Shown here piece by piece: positions 47,997 to 54,320 of a DNA stretch of 54,320 nt (the first letter of the stretch is position 1; each line of letters opens with the position of its first letter). The translations under genes were made by a program, and so were the position numbers. Origin of the DNA: Pirellulales bacterium (lineage in GTDB: Bacteria > Planctomycetota > Planctomycetia > Pirellulales > JAICIG01). The stretch lies in NCBI GenBank assembly GCA_040901675.1, contig JBBDYJ010000002.1, positions 1 through 54,320 on the forward strand, written 5' to 3'. The notes beneath the pieces are model-generated. The model was not told where the DNA came from. It saw only the letters and a list, made by a program, of their open reading frames with translations, and searched no databases.

Positions 47997-49064
47997 ATGA
48001 GCGACTTGACGAAGTTCGACGCGTGGTTACGTGACGGTGGTCCGGCCGCGCTGGTTATCCGGGAGAATCTGATGCCCGTCGAGGGGCATGATGGGATCCT
48101 CTTCCCGGCAACTTTCGCCGCCGGAGATAAGTTTCCCGGCGGCTATAACGTAGACGGAGATCCGAACGGCAGGAACGTCTGCTTGATCGACAGCGTCGGC
48201 TCTCAGGCCAACCGCATCGAACCGTTGTTCGCACGAGACAGGTATGCCGCACTCGTACCGCAGGTGGTCGTGAAGGCCGGTGAAAAAGAAGTCAACCTCT
48301 TGGAAGCGGGACATCGGGCTGGTGACGCCATTGTCCGTTGCTCGGCCCTACAGAAGGAGTTGCAGGACGCGTTTAAGGCCGTTCTCAAGGGAAACGCTCA
48401 GCCGCTGGCGAAAATCGCCCCAACTTCACTGGTCTTCGGAGTTTGGGACTCTCGCGACACGCAAGCGAAACTCCCGCGACTCGTAGCATCGACAGTTCGA
48501 GCCTACGACGTGCGGAAGCTCACCCGCTCTGCGCAATATGTCCCCGCTACGGAGTACATCGCCAGCGAACTGTTGGAGGACACCGCGGATAAGAAGGTGA
48601 GGGATGCGTATGCCGAGCGGGGCTTTATTCACGTTCCCGCATCCGGTTCGCACGGCGGCGTCATTGCTACCGGCGGCATCCGCCGTGATGCAACCCTCAG
48701 TCTGGCTGCCCTCCGGCTACTCGCTGCCGGACAGGACCAGAACAACACGCTCGCCCTCCGGCGGTATGTGCTCGGGCTGGCGCTGACCGCGTTCACACAA
48801 TTGCCGTCGGGCTACCTCCGTCAGGGCTGCACGCTGGTCATTGACCCCGACAAGCCGCGGGAATTTGTCGAGGTACATGGAGATGGTCGGCGAGTACCAG
48901 CGAGTGTGACCCACGACGACGCGGTTTCATTCGCGACGGCTGCGGCGAAGGCCTTCGGTGTCGGTGAGAGCAGAACGGTCGCGTTCGATACGGAACTCGC
49001 CAAGAAGGACATCAAGGGCGAGGCAACCAACGGAGATAAGCCGGCGAAGAAGTCCAGGAAATAG
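47997..49064 (+). CDS. csb1: Type I-G Cas7 (Csb1)
   Basis: FPATF, IDSVGSQANRIE, HRAGDA, PTSLVFGVWDSR. Confidence 0.93.
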   Translation: MSDLTKFDAWLRDGGPAALVIRENLMPVEGHDGILFPATFAAGDKFPGGYNVDGDPNGRNVCLIDSVGSQANRIEPLFARDRYAALVPQVVVKAGEKEVNLLEAGHRAGDAIVRCSALQKELQDAFKAVLKGNAQPLAKIAPTSLVFGVWDSRDTQAKLPRLVASTVRAYDVRKLTRSAQYVPATEYIASELLEDTADKKVRDAYAERGFIHVPASGSHGGVIATGGIRRDATLSLAALRLLAAGQDQNNTLALRRYVLGLALTAFTQLPSGYLRQGCTLVIDPDKPREFVEVHGDGRRVPASVTHDDAVSFATAAAKAFGVGESRTVAFDTELAKKDIKGEATNGDKPAKKSRK

Positions 49065-49084
49065 TCCGATTACCCGAGTTTGTC

Positions 49085-50626
49085 ATGCCCTCATTTCTGA
49101 ACGTGTCTGTCAATTTTCTCGACCGAGACTTCCACGGCCGGCGGGATGGCGGCGAGCCAGAATGGCCGCCGTCGCCGCTACGGCTATTCCAGGCCCTCGT
49201 CTCCACGGGCGCCAGCCGCTGGCGAGAGTCGCAGTTCGACGATCGTGCGGCGCCCGCGTTTCGCTGGCTGGAGGAAAGCTCGCCGCCGATCATTGTGGGC
49301 CCGGCCTCCGTCAAGGGTGCATCCTACCGGTTATCAGTGCCCAATAACGCGATGGACATCGTCGGCAGGGCATGGGTACGAGGAAACACCAGCGGGGAAG
49401 GCGACGCCGACCCGCGCACGCATCGCGCGATGAAGACCGTAAGCCCGGTGCGTTTGGCCAACGACGACCCAGTCAACTTTCTGTGGGAATTGCCCGAGTC
49501 GGCACCGAATGCAATGCTTGGTTTCGTGGAGACGCTCTGCATCACCGCCCGGAGCTTGGTTGCGCTCGGATGGGGGATCGACTTGGTCGCGGGCAACGGG
49601 CGCGTCGTTTCTCAGCAAGAGGCCGACTCGCTTCCCGGCGAGCGGTGGCTGCCACTTAACGATTCATCATTCAATGGACTGCGCGTACCGATTAGGGGAA
49701 CCTTGACGGCCCTTACAGACCGGCATCTTGCGTTTTTGAACCGCCTGCCGCAAATTGGAGGGTTTAACCCGGTGCCGCCGCTATCCGCATTCCGAATGGT
49801 GGGCTACCGCCGTGCTACTGATCCCCCGGCGCGTCCCTTTGCGGCTTTCCAATTGCTCAAGCCCGATGCGAGCGGGTATCGCGCATTCAATACGGTTCGG
49901 CATGCCCGTACCGTCGCAGGCATGGTGCGTCACGTTACGGCCCAGGGCGCACGGAGTACGGGCTGGCCGGAAAAGCAAATAGCTTGCTTCGTGCTGGGGC
50001 ACGGAGAATCCTACGGCGAGGAAAAGCATGTGCCGGTCGGTTTGAGGCGGTTTGCCTATCTGCCGATTCCGAGCTTGGAGCATCGCGGCGAGAGGAGCAG
50101 ACGGGTGGTCGGCAGCGTGCGACGGGTCCTTGTTACGTGCTTAGCCGAAGGATGCGAGCGAGAGATCGAGTGGGCGCGCAGAGTCCTTTCAGGTATGGAA
50201 CTAGTCGACAACCACCGATCTGAACTTGCCCTGCTCTCTCTCTTGCCGGCGTCGGATAGGATGATTCGGGACTATACGGATTCAGCGGAATCCTGGTCCA
50301 CGGTTACGCCCGTGATTCTACCCGGCTTTGATGACCGGGATTCGCGGAAGGGCGAATCGTTGCTTCGAAAAGCGATCGCGCAGGCTGGATTCTCTGACGT
50401 GCTGGCTCGTTTCGCTGAGCTCGAATGCCAAAAAGTTGGGTTCTTGCCGGGGACCGATCTCGCCAGGCGATATTCCGTGCCCGACTATTTGCGCAATTAC
50501 TCGGCGTACCACGTGCGAGTCACATGGCGAGACGCGCATGGTGCCGCTGTCTCGATTCCCGGCCCAATTTGCATAGGAGGCGGACGGTTCATCGGTCTTG
50601 GATTGTTCGCCGCCGATCGCCAATAG
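49085..50626 (+). CDS. csb2: Type I-G Cas5/Cas6 fusion (Csb2)
   Basis: EWPPSPLRLFQALV, LGWG, WSTVTP, GPICIGGGRFIGLGLF G-loop. Confidence 0.93.
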   Translation: MPSFLNVSVNFLDRDFHGRRDGGEPEWPPSPLRLFQALVSTGASRWRESQFDDRAAPAFRWLEESSPPIIVGPASVKGASYRLSVPNNAMDIVGRAWVRGNTSGEGDADPRTHRAMKTVSPVRLANDDPVNFLWELPESAPNAMLGFVETLCITARSLVALGWGIDLVAGNGRVVSQQEADSLPGERWLPLNDSSFNGLRVPIRGTLTALTDRHLAFLNRLPQIGGFNPVPPLSAFRMVGYRRATDPPARPFAAFQLLKPDASGYRAFNTVRHARTVAGMVRHVTAQGARSTGWPEKQIACFVLGHGESYGEEKHVPVGLRRFAYLPIPSLEHRGERSRRVVGSVRRVLVTCLAEGCEREIEWARRVLSGMELVDNHRSELALLSLLPASDRMIRDYTDSAESWSTVTPVILPGFDDRDSRKGESLLRKAIAQAGFSDVLARFAELECQKVGFLPGTDLARRYSVPDYLRNYSAYHVRVTWRDAHGAAVSIPGPICIGGGRFIGLGLFAADRQ

Positions 50627-50692
50627 CCGGCGAAGCTCTTTGACAATTCGGACGTTCTTACGCCAGGACGCTGACGCGCGGCGGCCTGGCGG

Positions 50693-50728
50693 GCTTGCCG
50701 CCCTGGTAACGCGGCCAGGGCGGCAGGC
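50693..50728 (+). terminator. Strong 14-bp hairpin after csb2 (no U-tail)
   Basis: GCTTGCCGCCCTGG / CCAGGGCGGCAGGC. Confidence 0.4.
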
Positions 50729-51303
50729 AACGGGGCCGCGGAAGAACGACGATGCGGGGATGAGGGGATGAGGCGATGGGGGGAACGGAACGAAAACGAC
50801 GATGGGGAGATGAGGCGATGAGGGAAACGAAGCTCGACAGGGCCGCTGAGGCCTCGCCTCATCGCCCCCTGGCCCCACCGCCCGCTCGGCCTCCCGCCCC
50901 CCACTCCTGCGGTACTGAACCGGCTTCCAGCTTGCATTCACCCCAGCCCGCAGTAGACTTGCAGCGCCGCGGCGGCCGCCCGGCCGGTTTTCGCCACCTG
51001 CCTTTGCCGGCTAGCGCACCCAGCGGCGGCCTACGGATCCGCTCCTCCACGGATGGCGTTCGCCACCTGGCTCTCTCGGCTTTAACACGGGCTCGAGCGC
51101 CCGTGATGTACCGCCTGTGATTTACCGGACCGGGGCCGGATCGCCCGGCGACAGCCCAGCCGTCGCCATGCGTACCACGTTTCTCGTCTGCTACGTCCTG
51201 ACCTCTGACCTCTGACTGTGCTGCAAGTCCGCCTTCGGCGGAACTCCTGACCTCTGACTTCTGACTCCTGACTTCTGACTCCTGACTCCTGGCGGCCGAC
51301 GCC

Positions 51304-51594
51304 ATGCGCAACACCTTCCTCGTCTGCTACGACATCCGCGACGACAAGCGCCTCCGAAAGGTCTTCAAGACCATGCGCGACTTCGGCGACCACCTGCAAT
51401 ACTCGATCTTCGAGTGCCAGTTCAACCCCATCGACCTGGCACGCTGCCGACACGTCCTCAGCGAAATCATCCACCACGGCCAGGACCAGGTCCTGTTCGT
51501 CGATCTGGGGCCGACCGAAGGCCGCGGCGAACGCGTCATCACCGCCCTGGGACAGCCGTACTCGCCGCTCGACGCTCCCTGCATCGTCCTCTGA
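51304..51594 (+). CDS. cas2: Cas2
   Basis: FLVCYDI..DKRLRKV, LQYSIFEC. Confidence 0.96.
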   Translation: MRNTFLVCYDIRDDKRLRKVFKTMRDFGDHLQYSIFECQFNPIDLARCRHVLSEIIHHGQDQVLFVDLGPTEGRGERVITALGQPYSPLDAPCIVL

Positions 51595-51713
51595 CGATGA
51601 GGGATGAAAGATGAGGGATCAGGGATGAAAGAGCGGTCACACCAGAAGCTTGAGGTTTATCGGTCGGTCCAGAGACAGCACGATCCTACTTGGCCAAGCG
51701 ACGAGGACGAGTC

Positions 51714-53564
51714 ATGAATCCCCGACAGTCACCGTCCGATCCCTCATCTCTCATCGCTCATCCCTCATCCCTTCCCCTTCCCGACTACCTGCCGGCTCGG
51801 ATGCTCAACGAGTTCGTCTACTGCCCGCGGCTGTTCTATTACGAGTGGGTCGAGGGAGTCTTCGTCGATAACCGCGAGACGGTCGAAGGCGCCCTGCGGC
51901 ACCAGAAGCTCGAACGCAAGGACGATGCCCTGCCGCCGGCCGACCAGGTCGAGGCCGGCGAGGTGATCCACTCACGCTCGGTCACCCTGTCCAGCGACAC
52001 GCACCGGCTGATCGCCAAGCTCGATCTGATCGAGGGGGCCGAGGGGCTGGTCACGCCGGTCGACTACAAGCGCGGCTCGCCCCGCGAGAACCGCGACGAC
52101 GGCTCGCTCGAGGCCTGGCAGCCCGACCGCGTGCAGCTCGCCGCCCAGGCCCTCGTGCTGCGCGACAACGGCTACCGCTGCGACGAAGGCGTCATCTACT
52201 ACGTCGCCACCAAGCAGCGCGTCCGCGTGCCGATCGACCAGCAGCTCATCGACGAGACGCTCTCCGCCCTGGCCGATGCCAGGGCGGCCGCCGACAGCAG
52301 CCTCATTCCGCCTCCGCTGGTCGACAGCCCCAAATGCCCCCGCTGTTCGCTGGTGGGCATCTGCCTGCCCGACGAGACGCGCGCCTGCCACGACCTGGAG
52401 CCCGGCGCATCAAAACCCGCGGCCGTAACGCAGCGGACGCTGTTCGACGTCGGCCCGGTGACGGGGGCCGGCGTCATGAACGGCTCCGCCGAGAACCGTG
52501 TGCGGCAGTTGCTGCCGGCCCGCGACGACTTGCGGCCCTTGTATCTGAACACGCAGGGGCTGCGGGTCGGCAAGAGCGGCGGCGTGCTCAAGGTGCACGA
52601 AAAGGACAAGCTGGTGCAGCAGGTGCGGATCGGCGAGATCTGCCAGCTCAACTTGTTTGGCAACATCCAGGTCAGCACGCAGGCCGTGCAGGCCTTGTGC
52701 GAGGAGGAGGTGCCGATCGCCTATTTCTCGCAGGGGGGCTGGTTTTACGGCGTGACGCAGGGGCTGGGGGTGAAGAACATCTATTTGCGGCGCGAGCAGT
52801 TCCGCCTGGCCGACGTGCGGTCGTTCCGGCTGCGGCTGGCGCGGGCCCTGGTGGCCGGCAAGATCCGCAATCAGCGGACGATGCTGCAGCGCAACCACGT
52901 CGAGCCGCCGGCCGGGGCGTTGGTCCACATGAAGTGCATGATGGACGACGCCGAGCGGGCCGCCTCGCTCGACGAGCTGTTGGGAATCGAGGGGAACGCG
53001 GCCCGCGTCTACTTCGAGAATTTTGCCGGCATGATCAAGCTCGACGGCGCGGATGGCCGCCCGGGCGACGGGGCAGGGGGGCGCGACGGCTTCACGTTCG
53101 ACTTCGTGCACCGCAACCGGCGGCCGCCTCGCGACGCGGTGAACGCCTTATTGTCGTTGGCGTACAGCGTTCTATCGAAGGACCTGACGATCGTCTCGCA
53201 CGCGGTCGGGTTCGACCCGTATCTTGGTTTTTACCATCAGCCTCGGTTCGGGCGGGCGGCCTTGGCCTTGGACCTGATGGAGCCCTTCCGGCCCTTGGTG
53301 GCCGATTCGGCGGTTCTCTCGGCGATCAACACGCGGATGGTCACGCTGCGTGATTTCGTTCAGGTCGGTCCCTCGGTCTCCTTGAAGCCGGAGGGGCGCA
53401 AGGCATTTTTCCGGGCCTACGAGCAGCGGATGGACACGCTGGTCACGCACCCGCTGTTCGGGTACCGTGTCAACTATCGTCGCCTGTTGGAGATCCAGGC
53501 CCGCCTCTTGGCCCGTGTCTTACGGGGCGAGATCGACAGTTACCCGGTCTTCACCACGCGTTAG
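51714..53564 (+). CDS. cas1: Cas4-Cas1 fusion
   Basis: Cas4: YCPR, VDYK, CPRCSLVGIC; Cas1: GIEGNAA, RRPPRD.VNALLS, GFYH, DLMEPFR. Confidence 0.96.
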   Translation: MNPRQSPSDPSSLIAHPSSLPLPDYLPARMLNEFVYCPRLFYYEWVEGVFVDNRETVEGALRHQKLERKDDALPPADQVEAGEVIHSRSVTLSSDTHRLIAKLDLIEGAEGLVTPVDYKRGSPRENRDDGSLEAWQPDRVQLAAQALVLRDNGYRCDEGVIYYVATKQRVRVPIDQQLIDETLSALADARAAADSSLIPPPLVDSPKCPRCSLVGICLPDETRACHDLEPGASKPAAVTQRTLFDVGPVTGAGVMNGSAENRVRQLLPARDDLRPLYLNTQGLRVGKSGGVLKVHEKDKLVQQVRIGEICQLNLFGNIQVSTQAVQALCEEEVPIAYFSQGGWFYGVTQGLGVKNIYLRREQFRLADVRSFRLRLARALVAGKIRNQRTMLQRNHVEPPAGALVHMKCMMDDAERAASLDELLGIEGNAARVYFENFAGMIKLDGADGRPGDGAGGRDGFTFDFVHRNRRPPRDAVNALLSLAYSVLSKDLTIVSHAVGFDPYLGFYHQPRFGRAALALDLMEPFRPLVADSAVLSAINTRMVTLRDFVQVGPSVSLKPEGRKAFFRAYEQRMDTLVTHPLFGYRVNYRRLLEIQARLLARVLRGEIDSYPVFTTR

Positions 53565-53906
53565 CGCGTGTAGTAGCAGGCACACTCCGTGTGCCGTAGC
53601 ATAGTAGCCATCACGCTCCGTGTGCGGTAGCTGGCGTGGTATTGGCGAGCCGTATCGGTAGTCGGTGTTCGTGTTAGTTGTTCTTCGTGGGGCAGGGGGT
53701 GAGATCGGTCCATGGTCGCATTTTGGGTTGCGAGCGGCGGGGTGGCCTGAGAATCCCGGTGCTCGCTCGCGGCGGTTCAAGTGGTTTTGCTCACTCACTT
53801 TCGGAGGTGTCCCATCACGACAGCAGCGGTTCGGAGAGTCTCTTGGCGTCCATTGCTCGCAAACAGCCGTTTGGCCCCTTACTCCGCCCGGAGTTACACA
53901 GGCGGA

Positions 53907-54320
53907 CGTTCCGCGGCTTCGAAGCCGCGGCCCCATTGAAGCCGGCAAACGTCGATTGAAAACTCCGAGACAAACGTTCGTTCCGCGGCTTCGAAGCCGC
54001 GGCCCCATTGAAGCTGTTTTTGACTGGCGCATTGGCCGGGCAAACAGGCCCGTTCCGCGGCTTCGAAGCCGCGGCCCCATTGAAGCAATCCACTGCCCCG
54101 CTGAACGGGATGCTACCGGCCGCGTTCCGCGGCTTAGAAGCCCCGGCCCCAATGAAGCCGGCAATCGGCCGGTCTGGACTGGCGACGGCGCCGGCCGTTC
54201 CGCGGCTTCGAAGCCGCGGCCCCATTGAAGCCGCGAGTATGCCAGTCGGCGTGCCTTCCGCCCCGCCCGTTCCGCGGCTTCGAAGCCGCGGCCCCATTGA
54301 AGCAAGGTAAATGACGTTTG
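53907..54320 (+). CRISPR. CRISPR array, repeat CGTTCCGCGGCTTCGAAGCCGCGGCCCCATTGAAGC, 6 repeats visible, runs off the window
   Basis: Repeats start at 53907, 53979, 54051, 54123, 54196, 54268; spacers 36-37 nt; leader follows cas1. Confidence 0.98.

Noticed and set aside
50728..50748. CAACGGGGCCGCGGAAGAACG, resembling a reverse, internally deleted CRISPR repeat
   Set aside because: Short GC-rich match with no handle or partner repeat; plausible by chance
53520..54310. ORFs over the leader and array
   Set aside because: Translations of CRISPR repeats

Overview
High-GC bacterial window, very likely Planctomycetota (DUF1501, DUF1080, LEDRRLLA extracellular motif). About 41 kb holds ordinary genes: ndk, pyrF, cold-shock and RRM proteins, ABC-F, TonB receptor, tupBCA, aquaglyceroporin, Ser/Thr kinase and surface proteins. 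Their intergenic regions are packed with heptamer tracts and small palindromic repeats. The last 12 kb is a type I-G (I-U) CRISPR-Cas locus: WYL regulator, cas3, cas8u2, cas7 (csb1), csb2, cas2, cas4-cas1 and the start of a 36-bp-repeat array. The main finding is a degenerate mini-CRISPR in the cas3 leader (44297-44394). Its 36-nt spacer matches a site about 70-95 bp upstream (19/23 PAM-proximal nt, TTC PAM) that lies between two back-to-back sigma70 promoters. One promoter drives the mini-array and cas operon; the other points into a compact, highly structured non-coding stretch. This resembles a CreR/CreTA-type Cascade-guided autoregulation, possibly addiction, module in a type I-G system. 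All product calls come from recognising motifs by eye; no database search was run.
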